NCBI GenBank assembly: GCA_041661045.1
Contig: JBAZVE010000001.1
Coordinates: forward strand, 1,080,001 to 1,112,000
Reading direction: 5' to 3'
Length of the DNA: 32,000 nucleotides
Source of the DNA: Candidatus Saccharimonadota bacterium
GTDB lineage: Bacteria > Patescibacteriota > Gracilibacteria > UBA1369 > 2-02-FULL-48-14
A program made the translations under genes and the position numbers. Positions 19,437 to 27,633 of this stretch are shown here, piece by piece. The notes beneath the pieces were generated by a model that saw nothing but the letters and a program-made list of their open reading frames with translations, ran no database searches and was not told the DNA's origin. How positions within the stretch are numbered: position 1 is the first letter of the stretch; every line of letters starts with the position of its first letter.

Positions 19437-19885
19437 AGCGATGGATGGGGTTTGCCGTAGGCGTCCAATGTTTTTGTGATTTCTCCGATCTTTTGAAGCC
19501 GTTCACGGTCACGAAGCAACTTGTCTGAGTTGACTTCTTTAGTTTGCACCTTTTTACTTTTATCTGCAAACAGCGTGGCGGCGTAATTGTCAGCGGCCCC
19601 CATCACAAAGGAGCGTTTTTTGGGATTCACAAAGTACTCCACCATCAAAAGACACCATTTTCCAAAAGGGATTCCGCTGATTTTTAGAAAGGTGACGGCC
19701 AGGGTGATGAGACCCGGAATGACGGTGGGAACCAGCCAAACCTCGATGTAATACTTGCTTGCAAGAATCGTATAAATGGCATAGGTAAGCCCTCCGCCCA
19801 CTCCAAGCATGATGAGCTGCTTGAGGGTTAGCGGGCCCACTATTTTATCTTCGATTTGTACATTTTGTGGAATTTTGTATTGCAT
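19433..19885 (-). CDS. PrgI-family (VirB3-like) membrane protein (150 aa)
   Basis: MQYKIPQNVQIEDKIVGPLTLKQLIMLGVGGGLTYAIY followed by a second TM helix, which is the typical PrgI-family N-terminus. Its TGA stop overlaps the next gene's ATG (ATGA). Confidence 0.65.
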   Translation of the reverse strand: MQYKIPQNVQIEDKIVGPLTLKQLIMLGVGGGLTYAIYTILASKYYIEVWLVPTVIPGLITLAVTFLKISGIPFGKWCLLMVEYFVNPKKRSFVMGAADNYAATLFADKSKKVQTKEVNSDKLLRDRERLQKIGEITKTLDAYGKPHPSL

Positions 19886-19960
19886 GCGTTTTTTAATCTC
19901 CTAAGTATATCAGAAATCAGGCCTTTTTTCAAGGAGCTAAACCTGGTAGACTCTCACGGC

Positions 19961-21775
19961 ATGAAAAACATACGAAATTTTTGCATCATTGCGCACATCG
20001 ATCATGGAAAATCCACCCTGGCGGACCGTTTTTTGGAGGTCACGGGGACCATGACGCGCAGAGAGATGAAGCATGGGCAGATGCTCGACACCATGGATAT
20101 TGAGCAAGAGCGAGGAATCACCATCAAGTTGCAGCCGGTGCGAATGGATTGGAAGTATAAGGGGCAAGAGTACCAAATGAATTTGATCGATACTCCGGGC
20201 CATGTGGATTTCAGCTATGAAGTTTCCCGCAGTTTGGCGGCGTGTGAGGGAGCCATTTTGGTGGTGGACGCGAGCCAAGGGATTCAAGCGCAAACTTTGG
20301 CGAATTGCTACATGGCGCTTGAGCACAATTTGACCATCATTCCGGTACTGAATAAGATTGATTTGCCCGCTGCTGAACCGGAAAGAAGGGCCATTGAGCT
20401 TGAAAATGCTTTGGGACTTTCTCGGGATGAAATCATTTGTATTTCTGCCAAAGAGGGGACCAATGTAGAAAAAGTTTTGGAACGCGTGATTGAACGAGTG
20501 CCCGCTCCAAAATCGGTGGGGCCTTCCGCCGAAACCAAGGCTCTGATCTTTGATTCGGTTTATGATCCTTATAAAGGAATTGTGGCTTTTGTGCGGGTGA
20601 TGGAGGGGCATTTGGAGCGAGGGCAGAAGATTAAATTTTTGAACACCAAAGCGGTGAGTGACATCATTGAAGTGGGTTGTTTTAAGCCAAAATACAAGGC
20701 TTTGGATGCTCTGGATGGTGGGGAAGTGGGTTACATTGTTACGGGGATGAAATCGGTTGCGGACGCACGAGTGGGAGACACGATTTGGAGAAAAGATGGG
20801 GTGAATGTGAAAGAGGAGACGGATGCGGAGGCTTTGCCCGGGTACAAACGAGTGGTTCCTTTTGTGTATGCCGGAATTTTTTGTATTGAAGGAGAGGGAT
20901 ATCCCTTGCTTCGTGACGCGCTTGAAAAACTGAGTTTGAACGACAGTGCTTTGACCTTTGAGCCGGAGCATTCCGGTGCTCTTGGGCATGGGTTCCGTTG
21001 TGGATTTTTGGGCTTGTTGCACTTGGATATTGTGCAAGAACGACTCGAACGCGAATATAATTTGGATCTTATTGTTACGGCCCCCAGCGTGTCTTACGAA
21101 GTGAAAGATTCCAAAGGCATTGTGAAGCGGATTTCCAACCCCGGCGAACTCCCGGATCCTTCTCAAATTGATGAAATTCGTGAGCCTTGGATGAAGGTGG
21201 AAATTTTGATTCCCAAGGATTTCGTGGGGGCCATTATGCAGTTGGTGCAAGAGCGCCGTGGACTTTCTAAAAACATGCAGTATTTGGACGAGCAACGAGT
21301 GAATTTGATTTATGAAATCCCACTGGCCTCCATTGTGGTGGATTTTTATGATGAGCTCAAAAGTGTTTCCTCCGGATACGCCTCCATGAGCTATGAATTT
21401 ATTGAATTTAGGCCGGGGGATTTGGTGAGGCTGGATGTTTTGGTTCACGGAGAAAAAATGGATGCCCTTTCGGTGATTATTCACCGGAGTTCGGCGCAAT
21501 ATCATGGAGGATTGGTCTGCAAACGGCTCAAAGAAATCATTCCCAAAGCTCAATTTGAGATTCCTATTCAAGCGGCCATTGGAGCTAAAATCATTGCACG
21601 AGAAACCATCGGATCGTTCCGCAAGGATGTGACGGGATATTTGTATGGAGGCGATGTTTCACGAAAAAACAAATTGCTCGATAAACAGAAAAAAGGAAAA
21701 AAACGGATGAAAATGTTTGGGAAAGTTGAGGTTCCTCAAGAGGCATTTCTTGCGGTGCTCAAGAAGAACGACTAG
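19961..21775 (+). CDS. lepA: Translation elongation factor 4 (LepA)
   Basis: MKNIRNFCIIAHIDHGKSTLADR (G1), DTPGHVDF (G3), NKIDL (G4), and the LepA-specific C-terminal domain ending KQKKGKKRMK. Start set at the ATG at 19961; the ORF-track extension from 19856 overlaps the divergent gene. Confidence 0.95.
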   Translation: MKNIRNFCIIAHIDHGKSTLADRFLEVTGTMTRREMKHGQMLDTMDIEQERGITIKLQPVRMDWKYKGQEYQMNLIDTPGHVDFSYEVSRSLAACEGAILVVDASQGIQAQTLANCYMALEHNLTIIPVLNKIDLPAAEPERRAIELENALGLSRDEIICISAKEGTNVEKVLERVIERVPAPKSVGPSAETKALIFDSVYDPYKGIVAFVRVMEGHLERGQKIKFLNTKAVSDIIEVGCFKPKYKALDALDGGEVGYIVTGMKSVADARVGDTIWRKDGVNVKEETDAEALPGYKRVVPFVYAGIFCIEGEGYPLLRDALEKLSLNDSALTFEPEHSGALGHGFRCGFLGLLHLDIVQERLEREYNLDLIVTAPSVSYEVKDSKGIVKRISNPGELPDPSQIDEIREPWMKVEILIPKDFVGAIMQLVQERRGLSKNMQYLDEQRVNLIYEIPLASIVVDFYDELKSVSSGYASMSYEFIEFRPGDLVRLDVLVHGEKMDALSVIIHRSSAQYHGGLVCKRLKEIIPKAQFEIPIQAAIGAKIIARETIGSFRKDVTGYLYGGDVSRKNKLLDKQKKGKKRMKMFGKVEVPQEAFLAVLKKND

Positions 21776-21786
21776 AATCATTGTTG

Positions 21787-23259
21787 ATGAAGCTTTCACG
21801 CCTGCTCCCCATCCTTGCGCTTCTGCTTGCTTCCTGCACTCCGCAGGAACTTTTGACTGGAGGAACGGGAGAGAGTGTTACGATTGCTTATGCGGAGCCG
21901 ATTTCCAGCTATTCTCCGCTGACTTATGAAGCTAAAAATCGTAAGTATTTGGTGAATCTTTATGAGCCGCTGGTGCGTTTTGATGCGTCCTTCAATACGG
22001 AGTCCGCTTTGGCGGTTTCTTGGGGGCGCTTGGATGAGAAAACTTGGGATTTTCGTTTACGGAAAGGTGTCGTTTTTCATGATGGACAAGCCTTCAATGC
22101 CGATTCGGTGCTCTACTCTTTGCAACTTGCTCGGGAGTACGAAGGCTCGGAGCTTGAATCTTTGCTGAGCAGCGTGGCTTCCGTTGAGAAAATAGATGAA
22201 TTTAGGGTTCAAATTCGTACCGATCAGCCGGATCCACTTTTGCTCAATGAACTTTCATTTGTGAACATGGTGCCGGTGGATTATGAGAATTTTGATCTTC
22301 CTGTGGGTACGGGGCCTTATCGTGCTTCACAACTTATTTCAGACACTTTGGTTTTGGAGCGGTTTGAGGGTTATTGGGGTCCTCTGGCTTATTTTAAGGA
22401 AGCGCGGCTTCAATATATTCCTGATTTTAAGGATCGGCTTGAAGGCATGCTTTCGGGTGAAATCGGACTTTTGGCCAATGTCCCTCCGCAAGGGGCTGCG
22501 CAGCTTGCAGAGCATGGAATTCTTTTGGAAGAGGCTCCCGGGCTGGAAAATAGTTTTTTGTTTTTGAATCAAAATACCCGTTTTGCGGATCCCAATGTGC
22601 GAGCCGCGGTTTGGCATGCGTTGGGTAGCGATTTCGCGGAAAAATTGGGAGGTGGGCACTTGCGAGCCAGTTCGCAGTTTGCGGCCACGGGAATCACGGG
22701 TTATGATCCGGAAGTTCCTGAGCGAAGCCAAAATTTGGATCTTGCCTGGGAGTATCGTCATAAACTTCCTGAGGAAATGAGCCTGACCTTGGATATTCCT
22801 GAGGGTTTGGAGAGTTTGGGTGAAATGGTGCAAGAAGATCTCGCCGTCATTGATATCGCCGTTACGGTGAGAAGCACAGCGACTCAAGAATATGAGGACC
22901 TCATCATGACGGGGCTTTCGGACTTTTACTTCTTTGGGTGGAAATATGATTTGGCGGATGGAGAGGATTTTTTCACTGGTGTTGTGCACTCGCCGGTTGG
23001 CACTTATGGAACCTTCAATGCTTTTGGCTATGCCGATGCTTCGATGGATCGCGATATTGAGGCCCTTGCATCTCTCTTTGACCCCATGGAAAGAAGGGAG
23101 GCTTTGACACTGCTCTCTTCGCGTTTACTGGAAACTCAAACGGTACTTCCCCTTTTTGAGTCTGAGGTGCTCTACGCGCTTTCTCCGGACTTGTATTATG
23201 ACTTCAGATTGGACGGACAGATTTGGGCTTCAGAAATTATCGAAAATGTGGTAGAATAA
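21787..23259 (+). CDS. Solute-binding lipoprotein, ABC transporter SBP family 5 (peptide/nickel type)
   Basis: Lipoprotein signal MKLSRLLPILALLLASC (lipobox LLASC). Family-5 pattern: YEPLVRFD, WDFRLRKGVVFHDG, and a length of about 490 aa. No permease or ATPase genes are adjacent. Confidence 0.8.
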   Translation: MKLSRLLPILALLLASCTPQELLTGGTGESVTIAYAEPISSYSPLTYEAKNRKYLVNLYEPLVRFDASFNTESALAVSWGRLDEKTWDFRLRKGVVFHDGQAFNADSVLYSLQLAREYEGSELESLLSSVASVEKIDEFRVQIRTDQPDPLLLNELSFVNMVPVDYENFDLPVGTGPYRASQLISDTLVLERFEGYWGPLAYFKEARLQYIPDFKDRLEGMLSGEIGLLANVPPQGAAQLAEHGILLEEAPGLENSFLFLNQNTRFADPNVRAAVWHALGSDFAEKLGGGHLRASSQFAATGITGYDPEVPERSQNLDLAWEYRHKLPEEMSLTLDIPEGLESLGEMVQEDLAVIDIAVTVRSTATQEYEDLIMTGLSDFYFFGWKYDLADGEDFFTGVVHSPVGTYGTFNAFGYADASMDRDIEALASLFDPMERREALTLLSSRLLETQTVLPLFESEVLYALSPDLYYDFRLDGQIWASEIIENVVE

Positions 23260-23281
23260 GGAGATATTTTATGGTTTGCAC

Positions 23282-24850
23282 ATGTTTCGAAGCCTGAAGG
23301 CAAAATTCGTACTCGCGTTTGGATCCCTGATTGTGGTTCTGTTTACCGCGTTGGGTCTCTTTTTGGTTGAGGCCAAAACACGAGAATTGGCGGAGGGTAT
23401 TTCGGACAACAGCCAGTCCTTTGCAGTGTTCACGGCGGAGCCTTTGGTTTCCGCCTATCGTGACTTACTTCAACCCGGGAATTTCATCCAATTCACACGG
23501 CAAGTGGACTATACGCTTCGTCATGCGGAAGAAATTTCCGATATTTCTATTGCCGGTTACAGTGGCTCTTTGCTGTATGACTCTAAAGGTGAGCATCAAG
23601 AAAGATACTCGGGAGAACCACGGGTTTTGGATGAAAAAACGCTGGAACGGGTACAGGGGGGTAAAACTTCTCTTTTGCTGGAAGATGGGCAAGTCGTTTA
23701 TTTGAAAGTGGATTCCGATAAGCATATTTCCTTTGTCGACTTCAATGAAGATTCGGTGGAACCGCCCAGCAGCACAGCGCGAATCACAAATATTGTGGTG
23801 CCCACCAATAATGCCTTCGCGGTGATTTATCAGGTTTCTTACGAGGCGATGGAAGCGAGTTTATTCGCTGCAAAAATCCAAATTGGGGTGATTGCGGGCT
23901 TGGGCTTCATCCTCACCCTCATGATTTCCTTTATGCTTTCCGTCAGCATCACTAGGCCGCTTAAGGAACTTAAGGCCGGGGCTTTAAAGATTGCCGCGGG
24001 TGATTTTTCTGCTCGTGTGCTTGTTCGTACTCGAGATGAAGTCGGAGTGCTTGCGGGAACTTTTAATCAGATGGCGGAGGATCTCGCGGCGAGTTTGGAA
24101 GCTAAAATTTATAAAGAACGAGTGGCGAAAGAGCTCGAATTGGCCGCCAAAATTCAAGTGGACCTTTTGCCCAAAACTCAATTGGAATTGCCTTCGTTGG
24201 AGGTGGTGGGAGGTTTGGTTCCTGCCACGGAAGTGGGAGGAGATGCTTATGACTTTATTCCCATGGAAGATGGAAATACTCTGATTTACATTGGGGATGG
24301 AACGGGACATGGAGTTCCGGCCGGAATCATGGCGTCCATTTCCAACGCGCTTTTGTATTCGCTCCGCGCGGAGCCTGATCTTATGGTGATTGCGGATCGT
24401 TTGAATGCCGTGATTCAAAAAAAATCTTCCAACACCATGTTCATCACCATGGGTCTCACGGTTTGGGATGAACAAAGTAGCACGCTTCGTTACCTCAACG
24501 CCGGCCATTTGCCGATGCTTCATTTTGATGCCGAGGCCCAAAGCCTCAATGAAATCAAACTTCAGGGTATGGCCTTTGGTATGGTGGATGAAGTGACCGC
24601 ACACCTTGAACAACGAGACATTCCTCTCAAAAAAGATGATCTCATTGTGCTGTACAGCGACGGTATTCCCGATGCCCAAAACGAGAACGGCGAAAGCTAT
24701 GGAGTCGCTCGTCTCAAAGCGGCCATGGAATCCGCTAAAGAGGGCAGCGCCGAACACATCAAGGATGCCATTTTAGCCGCCGTCATGCAGTTCATCGGGA
24801 CGCGTGAGCATTTGGATGACATCACGGTGGTGGTAATGAAGAAGAAATAA
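23282..24850 (+). CDS. Membrane sensor phosphatase: TM - extracytoplasmic domain of about 170 aa - TM - HAMP - PP2C/SpoIIE (RsbU-like)
   Basis: HAMP segment ITRPLKELKAGALKIAAGDFSARVLVRTRDEVGVLAGTFNQMAEDL. SpoIIE-type motifs GGDAYDF, GDGTGHGVPAG and DDITVVVM. An alternative TTG start lies at 23276. Confidence 0.85.
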   Translation: MFRSLKAKFVLAFGSLIVVLFTALGLFLVEAKTRELAEGISDNSQSFAVFTAEPLVSAYRDLLQPGNFIQFTRQVDYTLRHAEEISDISIAGYSGSLLYDSKGEHQERYSGEPRVLDEKTLERVQGGKTSLLLEDGQVVYLKVDSDKHISFVDFNEDSVEPPSSTARITNIVVPTNNAFAVIYQVSYEAMEASLFAAKIQIGVIAGLGFILTLMISFMLSVSITRPLKELKAGALKIAAGDFSARVLVRTRDEVGVLAGTFNQMAEDLAASLEAKIYKERVAKELELAAKIQVDLLPKTQLELPSLEVVGGLVPATEVGGDAYDFIPMEDGNTLIYIGDGTGHGVPAGIMASISNALLYSLRAEPDLMVIADRLNAVIQKKSSNTMFITMGLTVWDEQSSTLRYLNAGHLPMLHFDAEAQSLNEIKLQGMAFGMVDEVTAHLEQRDIPLKKDDLIVLYSDGIPDAQNENGESYGVARLKAAMESAKEGSAEHIKDAILAAVMQFIGTREHLDDITVVVMKKK

Positions 24851-24852
24851 AT

Positions 24853-25503
24853 ATGGGAATCGAAAAACTAAAATTTGAAATTCGCCATGGTGGGGCTGAA
24901 CTCCATCTGGAAGAGCGGCAGACACAGGCACTGTTTGTCTCTTATAAAGAACAGTTTCTGGCTCAGCAGGGGGAAGGAGGGAATGGGCTTAAGGATTCTG
25001 AAATTCTTGACTATCTTCATTATGTCCTAGCTCAGCCTGAGACGGTGGTCCTTTTCTCTGAGGGGGAGCCTATTGGGATGGGTGGAATCCGGTATTATCA
25101 GGATAACCCTAGTTATCCAAAAAATTCCATTGTTGAGCTGGGAACGCTGATTGTGACGCACGCTTTTCGTGGCAATGGAATCTCTGAAGAAATTTTGGCT
25201 AAATTACAGGAAGAAGCTTTGGCAAGAAATCCTCTTGATCGTGGAATTATTTTCTCCTTGATAACAGCTAATCCTATTGTTGAACATCAGGCCACTAAAG
25301 CAAATTATAGGCCACAATCAAGCTCTAAATGGGTGCAAATGACAGGATCTCCCGATTCAAAAACAGCTTATCTGGAAAAATGGGGGTATAAGCCTTATGT
25401 TAATATGGAGCATGCTTATAATGATCCGGGGGCGGTGAATAAATTCCTTGGGGAGGTGAGAAGTAGAGTCGCGACTCTGTTGAGAGGCTTTAAGCAGAAC
25501 TAA
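24853..25503 (+). CDS. GNAT-family N-acetyltransferase (probable)
   Basis: VELGTLIVTHAFRGNGISEEILAKLQEEA matches GNAT motif A (R-x-x-G-x-G/A). Starts 2 nt after the phosphatase stop. Confidence 0.5.
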   Translation: MGIEKLKFEIRHGGAELHLEERQTQALFVSYKEQFLAQQGEGGNGLKDSEILDYLHYVLAQPETVVLFSEGEPIGMGGIRYYQDNPSYPKNSIVELGTLIVTHAFRGNGISEEILAKLQEEALARNPLDRGIIFSLITANPIVEHQATKANYRPQSSSKWVQMTGSPDSKTAYLEKWGYKPYVNMEHAYNDPGAVNKFLGEVRSRVATLLRGFKQN

Positions 25504-25516
25504 ATTTCTCAAACTC

Positions 25517-25546
25517 TTGCATTTTCGATTTGTCTTTTGCTAAAAT
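25517..25546 (+). promoter_or_regulatory. Promoter-like element with no downstream ORF
   Basis: TTGCAT, 18-nt spacer, TGCTAAAAT. The same TGCTAWAAT extended -10 occurs upstream of pilB (8255-8263) and htrA (27601-27609). Confidence 0.3.
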
Positions 25547-25710
25547 CGTTTTGTTAAAGCTTTCGGCCGTGGTTTATAAGCCACAACTTGGCGGAGAGCT
25601 TTTTCGCTTTCTGTGAGGAAAGATTTGTCGTGTAAATCAAACATAGAAAATTAACACTTGTGCCCGCGCACAGATTTTGCCTCAATTTGTGGCTTAAGTA
25701 AGCCGTTTTG

Positions 25711-27000
25711 CTATGCGCTCACCCCCGGTACGGGGTATTTGAGGCAGAATTCAACGACTTTGGTTTTGATGCCGGCCAAGTAAGCGTCGTCATTCGCGTG
25801 CTTGAGGGCATCGAGCATCCATTCGCCGATTTGTTTGAGTTCCGCTTCCTTCATGCCACGGGTGGTGGCGCAAGGAGTTCCCAAACGAATTCCGCTGGGT
25901 CTTAGAGGTGGATTGGGGTCATCTGGGATCACTTGTTTGTTGCAGGTGATTCCCGCTTTATCGAGAGCGATTTCGGCTTCCGTTCCACCCACTCCAAAGC
26001 TCACGGTGGTGTCCACCACCATCATGTGGTTGTCGGTCCCATCGGTGATGAGTTTGGCGCCTCCGGCCATCAAAGTTTCGGCCAAAGCTTTTGCGTTTTT
26101 AAGCACTTGAGCGGCGTATTCTTTGAACTCGGGTTGCAGCGCTTTCCCTAGTGTCACGGCAATGGACGCGATGGTTTGCATGTGGGGACCTCCTTGGAGA
26201 CCCGGGAACACGGATTTATCGATGTCTTTGGCGAATTGTTCCTTACACAGAATCATTCCTCCTCTCGGTCCGCGGAGCGATTTGTGCGTGGTGGTGGTCA
26301 CGATGTCAAAACCGTAGTCAAAAGGATTTCGCATCACGCCTCCGGCAATGAGTCCCCCAATGTGAGCTACATCGGCCATGGTGATGGCTCCCACCGCATC
26401 GGCGGCCTTGCGGAAAATGCTGTAATCAATATCACGAGGATAAGAAGTATATCCACACAAAATGATTTTAGGTTTGTGCTCAAGCGCGAGACGCATGATT
26501 TCATCCGGATCAATCCAACCCTGCTTTTCAGGGTGAGTTTTGTAACGCACAAAGTTGAAGATTTTTCCCATGTGAGAAACGGGGTGTCCGTGAGTGAGGT
26601 GACCTCCATGAGAAAGATCCATCCCGAGCACGGTGTCGCCGGGTTTGAGGAAAGCGAGGTAGACCGCTTGGTTCATTGGAGAACCGGAGAGCGGTTGAAC
26701 ATTGGCATGGTCACAACGGAATACTTTTTTAGCACGGTCGATGGCGAGGCTTTCCACAATATCGGTGAATTCTTGTCCTCCGTAATAGCGGCGGCCGGGA
26801 TATCCTTCGGCGTATTTGTTTGTGAGCACGGATCCGTTGGCGGCAAAAACTTCGGGATAAGTGTAGTTCTCGGATGGGATGAGTTCGATCCCTTCCATTT
26901 CCCGTTTTTCTTCCCCGGTGATCGCATTAAAAATATCAGGGTCGTTCATGGCGAGCATTTCCCAGTTCTTTAGAACGGCGGGGTTGATCTGATGGGTCAT
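25711..27000 (-). CDS. glyA: Serine hydroxymethyltransferase
   Basis: SGSPMNQAVYLAFLKPGDTVLGMDLSHGGHLTHG and the PLP-lysine motif TTTTHKSLRGPRGG. 429 aa. Confidence 0.95.
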   Translation of the reverse strand: MTHQINPAVLKNWEMLAMNDPDIFNAITGEEKREMEGIELIPSENYTYPEVFAANGSVLTNKYAEGYPGRRYYGGQEFTDIVESLAIDRAKKVFRCDHANVQPLSGSPMNQAVYLAFLKPGDTVLGMDLSHGGHLTHGHPVSHMGKIFNFVRYKTHPEKQGWIDPDEIMRLALEHKPKIILCGYTSYPRDIDYSIFRKAADAVGAITMADVAHIGGLIAGGVMRNPFDYGFDIVTTTTHKSLRGPRGGMILCKEQFAKDIDKSVFPGLQGGPHMQTIASIAVTLGKALQPEFKEYAAQVLKNAKALAETLMAGGAKLITDGTDNHMMVVDTTVSFGVGGTEAEIALDKAGITCNKQVIPDDPNPPLRPSGIRLGTPCATTRGMKEAELKQIGEWMLDALKHANDDAYLAGIKTKVVEFCLKYPVPGVSA

Positions 27001-27012
27001 GGGGCAGGGGGG

Positions 27013-27540
27013 TTAAGAGGTGAGGACAAGGTTGAGGGGAACATCGTGAGCTTCGTGGGGAATTTTTTCTACCATTTGCTCGGTGAATGCAAGGCCTACT
27101 GTATAGCCCAACGAGAGTTTGAGCAATCGATCATAATAGCCCTTGCCGTAGCCGATTCGGTGGCCATGAGCATCAAAGGCCAGGCCGGGGACGATGATGA
27201 GGTCCATTTCTTGAGGGTCCGCTTCTTCTTGAGTCTCGGGTTCGAGGACACCAAAGGTCCCCGGCTTCAAGTCTGCCCAATCTTTAAGAGGCGTGACCGC
27301 AATTCCATCGGGCTTGGTTTTGGGCACGAAAAGGGCTCGGCCTTGGGTCAAAGCGTCTTTAATGAGTTCGTGGGTATCCACTTCCTCTCCGATTGAAACA
27401 TAAATCAGGATTTTTTTGGCGTTTTTGAACTCCGGCAATTGCTCCACCATTTCGCGAATCTTTTTACTTTTTTCCGCATGCAAAGCCGGCGAGAGCGCTT
27501 GGCGCTTCTCACGCATTTGGTTGCGGATGGCGTTTTTCAT
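27013..27540 (-). CDS. 5-formyltetrahydrofolate cyclo-ligase
   Basis: IRNQMREKRQALSP at the N-terminus, ILIYVSIGEEVDT, and LIIVPGLAFDAHGHRIGYGKGYYDRLL. 12 nt upstream of glyA. Confidence 0.85.
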   Translation of the reverse strand: MKNAIRNQMREKRQALSPALHAEKSKKIREMVEQLPEFKNAKKILIYVSIGEEVDTHELIKDALTQGRALFVPKTKPDGIAVTPLKDWADLKPGTFGVLEPETQEEADPQEMDLIIVPGLAFDAHGHRIGYGKGYYDRLLKLSLGYTVGLAFTEQMVEKIPHEAHDVPLNLVLTS

Positions 27541-27580
27541 AGGTAAGGAAAACCGGTTTCAGTGTGCCTTTATAGACCTA

Positions 27581-27609
27581 TTTTGTAAAGCAAAAAAATG
27601 TGCTAAAAT
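27581..27609 (+). promoter_or_regulatory. Candidate htrA promoter
   Basis: TGCTAAAAT extended -10 at 27601-27609, with a weak -35 (TTTTGT/TTGTAA) upstream. 24 nt before the ATG. Confidence 0.4.
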
Positions 27610-27633
27610 CCCGGAGCTTTTTAATCAAAACCT

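Noticed and set aside
19856-19960. A 35-codon N-terminal extension of LepA.
   Set aside because: It overlaps the divergent PrgI-like gene start and its upstream region. Canonical LepA begins at MKNIRNF, immediately before the G1 motif.
19937-21571. 544-aa ORF antisense to lepA.
   Set aside because: The plus-strand frame carries every LepA GTPase motif. The antisense product is low-complexity (H/N/R/F-rich) with no motifs. Long antisense ORFs recur opposite other well-supported genes here and look like a codon-bias artefact.
26176-26973. 265-aa ORF antisense to glyA. Similar antisense ORFs lie opposite pilB (9265-9948), the SBP (22339-22989) and the PP2C gene (23984-24757).
   Set aside because: In each case the opposite strand encodes a protein with unambiguous family motifs. 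The antisense products have none.
27541-27633. A ZTP or THF riboswitch upstream of the folate operon (5-formyl-THF cyclo-ligase and glyA).
   Set aside because: Only 93 nt are available, shared with the divergent htrA promoter. I could not find the conserved ZTP (pfl) or THF core sequences on the minus strand.
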